NCBI GenBank assembly: GCA_021824155.1
Contig: JAKALN010000001.1
Coordinates: 64,015-128,014, forward strand
Source: a bacterium
GTDB taxonomy: Bacteria; Patescibacteriota; Microgenomatia; Levybacterales; UBA12049
DNA length: 64,000 nt
Reading direction: 5' to 3'
Positions 1 to 9,355 of this stretch are shown one piece after another (the stretch's first letter is position 1; every line of letters starts with the position of its first letter). Made by a program: the position numbers and the translations under genes. The notes under the pieces are model-generated. The model was not told where the DNA came from, made no database searches, and saw only the letters and a list, made by a program, of their open reading frames with translations.

Positions 1-1202
1 GAAGAAATAAAAGAGTTAATCATAACGGATTTTCCCGAACCTGTGGTTCCCGCTATTAAAACGTGGGGCATTTTTGCAATATCCGCTACAACCGGGGCGC
101 CGGAAACATCAAGCCCCATAGAAACGGTAAGTTTGGATTTTGCTTTTCTCATTACATCCGATGCAAGCATTGTTTTTAGAGTTACTACCTCTAAACTTCT
201 GTTTGGAATTTCTATTCCCACCAAATTTCTTCCCGGAATAGGCGCTTCAATCCTTATCTGTCCGGTCGGCGCTTCCGTTGCTAGGGCTAAATCGTTTGCA
301 AGCGATGTTATTTTGGAAACCTTTGTGCCTAAGGCAATTTCTAAAGCGTACTGCGTAACTGCCGGGCCCAGGTTAACCTCTACGACTTTTGCGCCTATAC
401 CAAACGACTGAAGAGTCCTTTCGATTGTCGCCGCAATTTTTTTAATGTCTCCCCTGTCTGCTTTTTGGCTTGAGGAATCGGACAAAAGGGAAAGGGAAGG
501 ATATTCCCATATTCCGCTTGCCCCAACCGTATTGACGACAAGTTTTTCCGGAATAAGAGGCTCTTTTTTAATAGGCAAAGGAACATTTATCGGAACGTCT
601 TTAAGCGATGCGGAGCTTGGAAATTCCTTGTCCATTCCTTTTATTTTCATCTGTTTATTGGTAGCAAATTCAGGGGATTTTTTGTTTTTGAAAAATGAAA
701 TAAGTTTTGAAGGGACAAACCTTCTCATTGTTGCTGTGATATTTTGTAGATACATAAAAAGTTCGTCAACCGAAGTATCAAAGAAAACAAAAAGCCCTAT
801 TAGGATTCCTGCCAGATACACAAGACTTGCACCCAACCCGCTTAGAGTTGATGCTAAAAGCAAATAAAGCTGCACCCCAATACTTCCTGTTTTAAAAAGA
901 GCAACTGAAGAAACAAAAAACAGCAAAAAACCTATTGCAACGTTAGGCCTTGAAAGAAACATTTTCAGCCTTAAAAACAGAAGTCCGAAAAAAATGATTA
1001 AAAACGGAAAAAGGATTGATAAAATGCCAAAATATTTTTTTAATTCGCCGTTTACGAGCGTTAAAGAATCACCGCTTTTGGAAAAAGACAGAAGGAACAA
1101 AAGTCCCGAAAGTATGAGACCGAAAGCAAAAATAGAATAAATAGTATCTTTTTTAAGTTTTAACTTGAATTTATGCTTCCTATAATGCTTTCTTCTAGGC
1201 AT
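1..1202 (-). CDS. ftsK: DNA translocase FtsK/SpoIIIE (N-terminal part; runs off the window)
   Basis: Not in the ORF track. Manual translation from ATG 1202: MPRRKHYRK, several TM segments, then LGPAVTQYALE, IRIEAPIPGRNLVGIEIPN and MPHVLIAGTTGSGKS (Walker A). Confidence 0.93.
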   Translation of the reverse strand, partial: MPRRKHYRKHKFKLKLKKDTIYSIFAFGLILSGLLFLLSFSKSGDSLTLVNGELKKYFGILSILFPFLIIFFGLLFLRLKMFLSRPNVAIGFLLFFVSSVALFKTGSIGVQLYLLLASTLSGLGASLVYLAGILIGLFVFFDTSVDELFMYLQNITATMRRFVPSKLISFFKNKKSPEFATNKQMKIKGMDKEFPSSASLKDVPINVPLPIKKEPLIPEKLVVNTVGASGIWEYPSLSLLSDSSSQKADRGDIKKIAATIERTLQSFGIGAKVVEVNLGPAVTQYALEIALGTKVSKITSLANDLALATEAPTGQIRIEAPIPGRNLVGIEIPNRSLEVVTLKTMLASDVMRKAKSKLTVSMGLDVSGAPVVADIAKMPHVLIAGTTGSGKSVMINSFIS

Positions 1203-1273
1203 ACACCTTATTATATACGGATAGCCGTATTACTACAAGTTAGGAAGGTGAATTTGATGGTAGACAATGGATG

Positions 1274-1369
1274 TTAGAGGTTAGAATTTGAAGTTGGAAG
1301 ATAGAAGTTAGAAATCCATTTTCCAGATTCGAACTTCAAAATCCAGCTTCCAGCGTCAAGCGTCTATCC
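1274..1369. repeat. Imperfect 7-bp-period repeats arranged as an inverted pair (hairpin)
   Basis: ttagagg/ttagaat/ttggaag/atagaag/ttagaaa followed by complementary ttccaga/ttcgaac/ttccagc/gtcaagc, downstream of rnj. Confidence 0.6.
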
Positions 1370-3034
1370 TCAAATTTCGATTACTACCGGCAAAACAAGG
1401 GGCCTTTTGCGGAGGGTTTTAAAAATACTTTTTTCCGCAATTTGTGCAACTGTTTTCCGGACATATATCCAGTCTTTTATTCTTTCTTTTTTGCCGGAAA
1501 AATTATTTTTTAAATCCCTGTTTAAATTTTTATAAATAAGCGAGTTTTCCTGGGTAGAAAATCCCCTTGCAATAATCGTCGGGTCGTTTATAATTTTACC
1601 TGTTTCCGAATCTATTTCGGCCATTATTACAACTACCCCTTCTTTTGCAATTTTTTTCCTGTCTATTAAAACAAATTGTTCTACTTCTTCTCCAGATATT
1701 TGGTCCACGTAAACGTTTTTAAGGCTTACTTTCTTTCCAAAGGTTGACGATACTCTGTCAAAAATTACGGGCTGGCCGTCGTCTATTAATAATATGTCTC
1801 TGTCTGTAAATCCCTGTCTTTTTGCGAGCTGTTTATAAGCAACCATTTGCCTGAAAGTTCCCCCTATCGGCAGGACTTTCTTTGGATTTACCAGATTCAT
1901 TAAAAGCATTAAATCGTTTGACGCGGCGTGGCCGGAAACATGAAAGTCACCAGAAACTTCCGAATAAACAACCCTTGCCCCCTTTTTTGAAATAGCATCG
2001 ACAACGTTATTTACCAAAACTTCGTTTCCGGGAATCGGATCCGAAGAAAAAATTATAACGTCGTTTGGCCTTATTTTTACTTCGTCGCTATCGTCGTTTA
2101 CAATTCTTGAAAGTGCGGAATTTTCCTGGCCCTGGCTTCCGGCAACTATCAAAACTATATCGCTGTCTTTATAATTTTTAAGCTGCTCCAGGGAAATTTC
2201 CATACCTTTATCTATTTTCATATACCCCAAATTAACCGCAACGTCCCTTGCCTTATACAAAGAACGTCCAACAAAACAGATTTTCCTTCCGGATTTTGCG
2301 GCAGCTTTAATTGCCTGGTTAAGCCTTGAAATATTCGAGGAATAAGTTGTAATTATTACTTTGCCTGCCGCCTTTTCTATTTCTCTTTCAAAACTTTTGC
2401 TAAGGCTTAATTCCGAAGGAGTGTATCCTTCTTTTTCCGCCCTAAGGCAATCGGACATCATGCATATTACCCCTTCTTTTCCCGCGGCAACTATTTTATC
2501 GAACTCGGTTTTTTTGCCGTCAGCGGGGGTAAGATCGAATTTAAAATCACTTCCGTGATAAAAATTGCCAATCGGAGTCCTTATAAAAATATGCGAAGTA
2601 TCCGGAACCGAATGGGTAACTCTTATAAAAGACGCCGAAAAACTTCCGAGCGTGATTTTTCCTCCGCCGAATTCCACGGGTTTTACCCTATTTCCGACTT
2701 CAAACTCTTTTAACTTTTCGTTTGCTAAAGCGGCTGTTAACGGTGTTGCATAAATAGGAAACTGGGGAAGTTGGGGAAGAATAAAAGGCAAAGCTCCGAT
2801 ATGGTCTTCGTGTCCGTGAGTTAAAAGCATTCCTATAATTTTTCCGCCCCGCTTTAACCTTTCCAAAAGATATGACACGTCAGGCAGTAAAAGGTCAACT
2901 CCGACCATTGTTTCGTCTGCAAAACCTATACCGCAGTCAACGATTAAAATCTCGTCTTTATATTCATAAAGATACATATTTTTTGTTACATCGGAGATTC
3001 CTCCTAGGGGTGTAAGTGTTATTTTTTCTTCCAT
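1370..3034 (-). CDS. rnj: Ribonuclease J
   Basis: THGHEDHIG metallo-beta-lactamase motif, HSVPD, GSQGQ and HVSGH beta-CASP motifs, RKRPLVLPVVIEI C-terminus. Confidence 0.95.
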   Translation of the reverse strand: MEEKITLTPLGGISDVTKNMYLYEYKDEILIVDCGIGFADETMVGVDLLLPDVSYLLERLKRGGKIIGMLLTHGHEDHIGALPFILPQLPQFPIYATPLTAALANEKLKEFEVGNRVKPVEFGGGKITLGSFSASFIRVTHSVPDTSHIFIRTPIGNFYHGSDFKFDLTPADGKKTEFDKIVAAGKEGVICMMSDCLRAEKEGYTPSELSLSKSFEREIEKAAGKVIITTYSSNISRLNQAIKAAAKSGRKICFVGRSLYKARDVAVNLGYMKIDKGMEISLEQLKNYKDSDIVLIVAGSQGQENSALSRIVNDDSDEVKIRPNDVIIFSSDPIPGNEVLVNNVVDAISKKGARVVYSEVSGDFHVSGHAASNDLMLLMNLVNPKKVLPIGGTFRQMVAYKQLAKRQGFTDRDILLIDDGQPVIFDRVSSTFGKKVSLKNVYVDQISGEEVEQFVLIDRKKIAKEGVVVIMAEIDSETGKIINDPTIIARGFSTQENSLIYKNLNRDLKNNFSGKKERIKDWIYVRKTVAQIAEKSIFKTLRKRPLVLPVVIEI

Positions 3035-3037
3035 AAT

Positions 3038-4099
3038 TTATACCGGTAAAAACTGTTTAATATTTTCGTTTGTAATATGGACTCCCTGGGGCGATTTTCC
3101 CTCGACAATAAGTCTTGCGGATTTTCTGCATATTCCCTGTATTGTCCTTTCCAAACTTCTTATGCCCGAATCAAAACCCAGTGGCCTTATTATAGCAGGC
3201 CAAAGGCCCTCGTCTATGACTATTTGGTTTTCGGCAAGCCCTGCGCCTTGTCTTATTTTGGGGAAAAGGTACTTCTTGGCAATAGTTTCTTTTTCCAAAT
3301 CCGTATAAGAAGGCATTTGGACAATCTCAAGCCTGTCTAAAACTGCAGTTGAAATATTTGTGGTATTATTTGCCGTTGCTATAAACAAAACGTGGGACAA
3401 ATCAAACGGATAATCAATGTAATGGTCCGTAAAAGCCCTGTTTTGTTCGGGATCCAAAAGTTCTACCAAAACACCCATTATGTCGGACCTTGCGGACTCT
3501 GTTACCCTGTCTAATTCATCGAGTAAAATTACGGAATTCTTACTTTGTGCGTTTACTATTTTTTTGATTATTGCGCCCGGTTCAGCATCCGCAAAAGCTC
3601 TTGACTGTCCCCTTAATGCCCTTGCGTCTCCCATGCCTCCGAAAGGAATCCTTTCGAACTTCCTTCCCAGAGCTTCCGCTATAGAATAGGCAAGAGTCGT
3701 TTTTCCCGTTCCAACCAGTCCTATTAAACAAAGAATGGGGGCTCTTATAACTTTATCTTCCGAATTGTTTTTCATACTTAAAATAATTGATGCCAAATAC
3801 TCAAGAATAATATTTTTTACGCTTTCTAACCCGTAATGGTTTTTATCCAAAACCGTTTTTGCGCTGTTAATATCCAAAATATCCGTTGTTTCTTTATTAA
3901 AAGGAAGTGAAACCACCCAGTCTATATAACTGGATATTCCTTCGTAGCTTATAAAAGACCCTCCGCCTTGTTTTAAACTTGCCGATAAAAGGGTGATCAT
4001 TCCGTTTATTTTTTCCGAAAGTTCCGGGGGCAAATTGGCGGCCTTTGTTTTCTCCTGGAGTTTTTGTATTTGGCTATCTAAAGAAAGGGCAGAATCCAT
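3038..4099 (-). CDS. Lon-like AAA+ ATPase lacking the Lon N-domain and protease domain
   Basis: LDKNHYGLESVK, GLVGTGKT, LLDELD, LLDPEQN.AFTDHY, FDLSHVLFIATAN and SGIRSLER are Lon AAA signatures; only 353 aa. Confidence 0.88.
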   Translation of the reverse strand: MDSALSLDSQIQKLQEKTKAANLPPELSEKINGMITLLSASLKQGGGSFISYEGISSYIDWVVSLPFNKETTDILDINSAKTVLDKNHYGLESVKNIILEYLASIILSMKNNSEDKVIRAPILCLIGLVGTGKTTLAYSIAEALGRKFERIPFGGMGDARALRGQSRAFADAEPGAIIKKIVNAQSKNSVILLDELDRVTESARSDIMGVLVELLDPEQNRAFTDHYIDYPFDLSHVLFIATANNTTNISTAVLDRLEIVQMPSYTDLEKETIAKKYLFPKIRQGAGLAENQIVIDEGLWPAIIRPLGFDSGIRSLERTIQGICRKSARLIVEGKSPQGVHITNENIKQFLPV

Positions 4100-4122
4100 A
4101 CAATAATAATAACATACAAATA

Positions 4123-4244
4123 ATTTCTAAGCACTAATATCTAATTTCTAAATAAATATTAAAATTCCAATGACAAAAATGCAGAATTTGGGATTTAAAA
4201 TTTTCAATTTATTTAGGATTTAGAGTTTAGAAATTAGGATTTAG
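4123..4244. repeat. 7-bp-period inverted repeat hairpin downstream of pnp
   Basis: tttctaa gcactaa tatctaa tttctaa ataaat ... atttat ttaggat ttagagt ttagaaa ttaggat. Confidence 0.65.
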
Positions 4245-6544
4245 TAGCGGGGTTTTCTGTCTCGGCTGTCTCTGTTATATCCGCCTGTTCTAGGGCCTTT
4301 ATTTCTCCAATCGCTTACTCCTCTTTCTCTTCTTAGCTGCATTGCCAAAGGATGTTCCGAACGCGGTCTTGCGTCAACTCCGGGTCCTCTTCTGTCCGGT
4401 CCGTGGCCCTCCGGGTTAAAAGGGGGCCTTCTTCTTGACTCGTCCGAACCTTCCGGCAGCATAGAAAGGTTTATTCTTCCCTGGTCGTCTATTTCTACAA
4501 CTCTTACTTTTACTTTTTCTCCTATTTTTACGACGTCGTTAGGGTCTTTTACGAATTCCGTTGACATTTTGGAAACATGAACCATTCCTTCTTTGCCCGG
4601 TAGAAATTCTACGAATGCTCCGAAAGGCAAAATTCTTTTTACTTCTCCTTCAAAACTTTCTCCGACTGTTACTTCCCTTGTTAATCCCTTAACCCATTCA
4701 AGCGCTTTATCAACTGCTTCATCGGTTGTTCCCGATATTGCAACCGAACCGTCGTCTTCTACGTCAACCGTTGCTCCTGTTGTTGCGATAATATTTTTAA
4801 TTATTTTTCCGCCCGGCCCTATTAATTCTCCGATTTTTTCAACCGGAATTTTAAGCATTTCAATTTTTGGCGCGTATTGCGAAAGGTTTGCCCTTGGGGT
4901 TGGAATAACTGCGTGCATTTTTTCAAGGATTTGAAGCCTTGCGTCCTTTGCCCTTTGCAAAATAGCTTCGACTTGTTCTACCGTAAGTCCGGGGATTTTT
5001 ACATCAAGCTGTATTGCGGTAACACCGTCGTCTGTTCCCGCAACTTTAAAATCCATATCTCCCGAAAAATCTTCAAGACCAATTATGTCCGTTAACAATT
5101 CGTATTTTGAATCATCGGACATCATTCCTATGGAAATTCCGGCAACAGGTTTTTTAATAGGCACTCCTGCATCCATTAAGGCAAGGGTCGAACCGCAGGT
5201 AGATGCCATAGAGCTTGAGCCGTTTTGCGATAAAACTTCGGAAACAACTCTAATCGTGTAAGGGAAAACATCCTGGCCGGGAATTACTGGAAGAAGCGCT
5301 CTTTCTGCCAATGCTCCGTGGCCTATTTCTCTTCTTGAAGGTGTTCCGACTCTTCCTGTTTGTCCGAATGAATAAGGAAGTCCGGAATAGTGGTGTATAT
5401 ATCTTTTTGTCTCTTCTCCCTCTGCTGATTCAATTAACTGCTCCATTCTGGGGCTTCCCAAAGTTACTATGGAAAGGGCCTGTGTTATTCCTCTTTGAAA
5501 AATAGCGCTTCCGTGGGTTCTTGGTAAAATACCAAGACTCATAGCAAGGGGCCTTATTTCGTCCATTTTTCTTCCGTCTGCTCTTTTTTTCTTTTCCAAA
5601 ACGTTTGAGCGGATAATTTTGTACATTACGTTTTCTATAGCTTTTACAATTACTTTTTTATCTGCCTCGTTTTCCGAACTTGCCGCTTTTTGGTCTTCGT
5701 AAATTTTAGTTACCAAATCTCCCATTTCGTCTCCCCCCGATTCCTTATTTACTCTTGATTTTATAAGTGCTTCCACGTCGTCTTTATAAGTTTTGTTTAT
5801 TAAGACAACCGTTTCGTGTAAAAGATTCTCTTCCGAAACTTCAAGCTTTTTCTGTCCGACTTTTTTGGTTAAATCCTCGATTAGGGAAATTATCTCTTTT
5901 GTTTCCTTATGTGCTCTTTTAATTGCCTCGACAAGAACCTCTTCTTTAATCTGCATTGCTCCGGCTTCAATCATTACGGTTTTATCTTTTGATTGGGATG
6001 CGACAATGTCTAATTCCGAAAACTGGGCTTCGGGTCCTCCGGGGTTTATAAGATATTCCGCTGCGTTTCCGTTTTCCTTTACGTATCCTACTCTTACAGC
6101 TCCTATCGGACCGTTCCAGGGAATTCTGGAAATTGCCAAAGCCGCCGAAACCGCGTTTATTGCCAAGATGTCCGGCTCGTTTTCTCCGTCAACAGATAAT
6201 ACGGTAACAATAACCTGTACTTCGTTTTTAAATGCTTTGGGAAACAAAGGTCTTATGCTTCTATCTATAAGACGTCCCGCAAGAATGGCTTCGTCGGAGG
6301 GGCGTCCTTCACGTTTTACCCACCTGGAGCCTTTTATTCTTCCGCCTGCATAAAGTCTTTCGACATAATCTACGGAAAGGGGGAAATAATCAAGCTCCGT
6401 CGGTCCGCCTTCTACAACGGTAACCAGAACAACCGTGTCTCCGAGTCTTGCTAAAACCGAAGCTGTAGCTTGTTCTGCCAATTCACCTGTTTCAAGGGTC
6501 AATTTTTTCCCTGCTAATTCAATACTTACTGAGGTTTTTTCCAT
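4241..6544 (-). CDS. pnp: Polyribonucleotide nucleotidyltransferase (PNPase)
   Basis: RLIDRSIRPLFP, RREIGHGALAERAL, NGSSSMAS and GDMDFKVAGT motifs, KH and S1 domains. Confidence 0.97.
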   Translation of the reverse strand: MEKTSVSIELAGKKLTLETGELAEQATASVLARLGDTVVLVTVVEGGPTELDYFPLSVDYVERLYAGGRIKGSRWVKREGRPSDEAILAGRLIDRSIRPLFPKAFKNEVQVIVTVLSVDGENEPDILAINAVSAALAISRIPWNGPIGAVRVGYVKENGNAAEYLINPGGPEAQFSELDIVASQSKDKTVMIEAGAMQIKEEVLVEAIKRAHKETKEIISLIEDLTKKVGQKKLEVSEENLLHETVVLINKTYKDDVEALIKSRVNKESGGDEMGDLVTKIYEDQKAASSENEADKKVIVKAIENVMYKIIRSNVLEKKKRADGRKMDEIRPLAMSLGILPRTHGSAIFQRGITQALSIVTLGSPRMEQLIESAEGEETKRYIHHYSGLPYSFGQTGRVGTPSRREIGHGALAERALLPVIPGQDVFPYTIRVVSEVLSQNGSSSMASTCGSTLALMDAGVPIKKPVAGISIGMMSDDSKYELLTDIIGLEDFSGDMDFKVAGTDDGVTAIQLDVKIPGLTVEQVEAILQRAKDARLQILEKMHAVIPTPRANLSQYAPKIEMLKIPVEKIGELIGPGGKIIKNIIATTGATVDVEDDGSVAISGTTDEAVDKALEWVKGLTREVTVGESFEGEVKRILPFGAFVEFLPGKEGMVHVSKMSTEFVKDPNDVVKIGEKVKVRVVEIDDQGRINLSMLPEGSDESRRRPPFNPEGHGPDRRGPGVDARPRSEHPLAMQLRRERGVSDWRNKGPRTGGYNRDSRDRKPRY

Positions 6545-6549
6545 TAAAT

Positions 6550-6819
6550 TTAGTCCTTAAGTCCAATCTTTTTACCAATATCAGAGGCTCTTGCCTTATC
6601 TACCTTTACCAAGAAATTTAAAAGCCTTCTTCTTTTTGCAATCATTGACAGTAGGCCGCGCCTGCTGTGCGTGTCATGGATATGTTCTTTAAGATGTTCC
6701 GTTAAACGCGTTATCCTGGTAGTCAAAAGTGCGATTTGCACTTCCGGGCTTCCCGTATCGCCTTTAACAGTCTGGAATTCTTTTATAATGTTTTGTTTTT
6801 CCGAAGTACTTAGCGGCAT
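6550..6819 (-). CDS. rpsO: 30S ribosomal protein S15
   Basis: DTGSPEVQIALLT..I..LTEHLKEH..D.HSRRGL; canonical position upstream of pnp. Confidence 0.97.
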   Translation of the reverse strand: MPLSTSEKQNIIKEFQTVKGDTGSPEVQIALLTTRITRLTEHLKEHIHDTHSRRGLLSMIAKRRRLLNFLVKVDKARASDIGKKIGLKD

Positions 6820-6855
6820 AATTTTATTAAATTCTTAAAATCAAACGTAGTGAGT

Positions 6856-6884
6856 ATTATATCAGTTCTCAAAAATTTTATCAA
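6856..6884 (-). promoter_or_regulatory. Sigma70-type promoter of rpsO-pnp
   Basis: Minus strand TTGATA-N17-TATAAT. Confidence 0.65.
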
Positions 6885-6890
6885 TGGTTA

Positions 6891-7805
6891 TTAGAAGTTA
6901 GTCGAACCTTTATAGATTTTTGGCGCAAGCCAATCATCGGGAGGATTCTTTTCGTCCTTTTTTTGGGCTTCTTCGTTTTTAACCGGCTGTTGTTTTTGCT
7001 CTGCCTGTTTTTGTTCGATAGGTCTTTGAAAAAACGGGTCGACTTCAAGCTTTTGCTCATCTTTTTTCAAACTTCCGACCCTTATAGCGCCGTTCCTCAT
7101 TAAAAGTCCTACCATCTCGAAAGCAAGAGCGCTTGTTTTGGGATTTTGAAAATTCCCGGTTGCAAAAGAAATTCCGTACATTAAATTTTGCGCTATATCG
7201 GTATTCATTTTAAAATTAAGGCTTAAAATCAGATTTGCAATTTGTTCGGAAACAGAAGAAAGCATTGGGTAAACCATAACTATATCTCCGAAACCCTGGT
7301 TATCTGCTTTGTTGTCTATATTTATAACCATAGTATCTTTAAGATCGGCTACGTCAAAAAGCTTTGCAACATCGGAAAGCCTTTGTACACCGACTGTAAA
7401 AAGAAGGGTAGGAACGCCATTTCCTCCTCTTGTAAACTTTACGTCTTTATCCTCAAAAGAAAGGCCTTTTTCCCCCGCTTTTACGACAATATTTAGAAGC
7501 CCGTTTTCAAGAGTATAAGAAACCTTATCTATTTCCCCTTCTTCATAAGGGAAAGAAACTACCAAGTCTCCCGATGCACCGGAAAGAGATGTCTGGACCT
7601 TATCTATCCCAACCAAGGATGAAACTTCAACAAGAGGATTATCGGGCGTTGCAATAGTTACCGTTTTTCCTAATTCTTTTAATGCCAAATACAACGAAAG
7701 GCCCGCGCCCATTTCATCTAATGTAGGGTTTTTAGGCGTAATAATACCTATAGTGTTATTTTTCCCTATAGCTTCGCCTATTTGTCTGAAGGTTAAATTA
7801 TCCAT
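6891..7805 (-). CDS. DHH-family (NrnA-like) protein with degenerate catalytic motifs
   Basis: Fold pattern IITPKNPTLDEMGAGLSL...INIDNK...N.GFGDI...SSVSE...IA..LMYGI...TGNF; located after infB, where nrnA often lies. Confidence 0.7.
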   Translation of the reverse strand: MDNLTFRQIGEAIGKNNTIGIITPKNPTLDEMGAGLSLYLALKELGKTVTIATPDNPLVEVSSLVGIDKVQTSLSGASGDLVVSFPYEEGEIDKVSYTLENGLLNIVVKAGEKGLSFEDKDVKFTRGGNGVPTLLFTVGVQRLSDVAKLFDVADLKDTMVINIDNKADNQGFGDIVMVYPMLSSVSEQIANLILSLNFKMNTDIAQNLMYGISFATGNFQNPKTSALAFEMVGLLMRNGAIRVGSLKKDEQKLEVDPFFQRPIEQKQAEQKQQPVKNEEAQKKDEKNPPDDWLAPKIYKGSTNF

Positions 7806-7811
7806 ATTATT

Positions 7812-9299
7812 TTAACGATGGGATATTAGCACATCTCCTATAGTAAAGTCAAGGAATGGGGAAACGATAATTCCTGCCTCCTGGCCTTTTTCCGCTTTTG
7901 ATATTGTATTTTTTCCCTGTCTTACGGATGAAATATTGGTTTCGCCCAAAATTTCTTCTCCGCGCATAAGTCTTACCCGGTCGCCTCTTGCTATTCTGCC
8001 CTCCAAAACCGAAATTCCCATAACCTCGGTTTTTTCAAAGGGAAATCTTGCTAAAATTTTGGCGGTTCCGAATACCTCTTCCTGCAGTGACAGAATTTTT
8101 CCCTCCAGGAAATCTTTTATTTCATCTAACATTTCGTAAATAATCATATAGTTTTTAATAAGTACTTTCTCCGTTGTAGCAAGCTTTAAAACTTCGGGTT
8201 TAATTTTTATATTAAAACCCAAAATAATTGCCCCTACGGATTTTGCGAATAAAACATCCGAAGTTTCCATGTCTCCGGTTTTTGCAAGAACAATTTTTAT
8301 CCTTTCGGGCATCTGGTTTTGTATTGCCTCTAAAGAACCCTGGCTGTCCGCGCAAAGAACTATAGATAAAACATCTTCGTCAACCACAGAGCCCATCATG
8401 CGGAGTTCTTCTTCTGTTTTTGGCTCCTGGGGAATTTGTATAATACGCTCTTTGTCTTGTATGCCTTTTTTAATTACTACGCCTCCCACTTTTGGGACTT
8501 TTTCAAAACCCAGGATTTCAACCGCATCTCCCACCGTTGCTTTTTCAAGTCTTTCCCCAAAACTGCTTATAATAGTCCTTACTCTTCCCGGGGCTTTTTC
8601 ACATTCTATTTCGTCTCTTAAAGAGACTATCCCGTTTTTAATTATTAAAGTTGCCCGCGGACCTGATTTTTGGTCGAGTTTTGATTCAATAATAATTGCC
8701 GAGAAAGGATTATCGGAGGAAAAATTATAAAATCCTGCATGTTTTTTCATATCAAAAACAAGAAGGATTAGTTCTAAAAGCTCTTTAATGTTTGTGTTTG
8801 TTTTGGCGGAAACTTCAATTACGGGAATATCTCCTCCGTAATTTTCCAACAGCACTTCTTCTTTTAATAGCTGCTGTTTTGCTTTTTCCGGATTTTTATT
8901 CGGGTCATCGGATTTTGTAAGAGCAACTATAAAAGGAATTTTTGAAGCTTTAAGAAGCTGGATACTTTCTTTTGTCTGGGGCATTACCCCGTCAACAGAT
9001 GAAACAACCAAAATTCCTATATCCGCGGCCTGAACTCCTCTTCCCCTCATTAAAGAAAATGCCTCGTGTCCGGGGGTATCTATAAAAGTTATCTTTCTTT
9101 TTTTACCTTCGTGCTCTACTTCCACGGTTGAAGCGCCGATTTTTTGTGTAATTCCGCCGTGTTCCTTTTGGGCAACGCTTGTTTTTCTTATTGTGTCCAA
9201 AAGCGTGGTTTTTCCGTGGTCAACGTGGCCTAAAACAGCAACAACAGGTGGGTAGTCTAAAACTTTATCTTCAGCTTTTTCATTAGTCTTTTTTGCCAT
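7812..9299 (-). CDS. infB: Translation initiation factor IF-2 (short form, no N-domain)
   Basis: PPVVAVLGHVDHGKTTLLD, GGITQKIGA, FIDTPGHEAF, DGVMPQT. Confidence 0.96.
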   Translation of the reverse strand: MAKKTNEKAEDKVLDYPPVVAVLGHVDHGKTTLLDTIRKTSVAQKEHGGITQKIGASTVEVEHEGKKRKITFIDTPGHEAFSLMRGRGVQAADIGILVVSSVDGVMPQTKESIQLLKASKIPFIVALTKSDDPNKNPEKAKQQLLKEEVLLENYGGDIPVIEVSAKTNTNIKELLELILLVFDMKKHAGFYNFSSDNPFSAIIIESKLDQKSGPRATLIIKNGIVSLRDEIECEKAPGRVRTIISSFGERLEKATVGDAVEILGFEKVPKVGGVVIKKGIQDKERIIQIPQEPKTEEELRMMGSVVDEDVLSIVLCADSQGSLEAIQNQMPERIKIVLAKTGDMETSDVLFAKSVGAIILGFNIKIKPEVLKLATTEKVLIKNYMIIYEMLDEIKDFLEGKILSLQEEVFGTAKILARFPFEKTEVMGISVLEGRIARGDRVRLMRGEEILGETNISSVRQGKNTISKAEKGQEAGIIVSPFLDFTIGDVLISHR

Positions 9300-9355
9300 A
9301 TATTTAGTATTTTAATTGACAAGTTATTATTGTTTGAAAAAATACTTCTCATATT

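Noticed and set aside
43-867. Plus-strand ORFs 43-411 and 445-867 and similar antisense ORFs throughout the track
   Set aside because: They are shadows of clear genes on the opposite strand (here ftsK, which the track missed because it runs off the window).
3038-4099. Lon as a frameshifted pseudogene
   Set aside because: rnj starts 3 nt after the stop, with no remnant protease sequence in between, and the ATPase motifs are intact.
6820-6855. S15 autoregulatory leader RNA
   Set aside because: The leader is short and AT-rich, and I could not support a defined structure.
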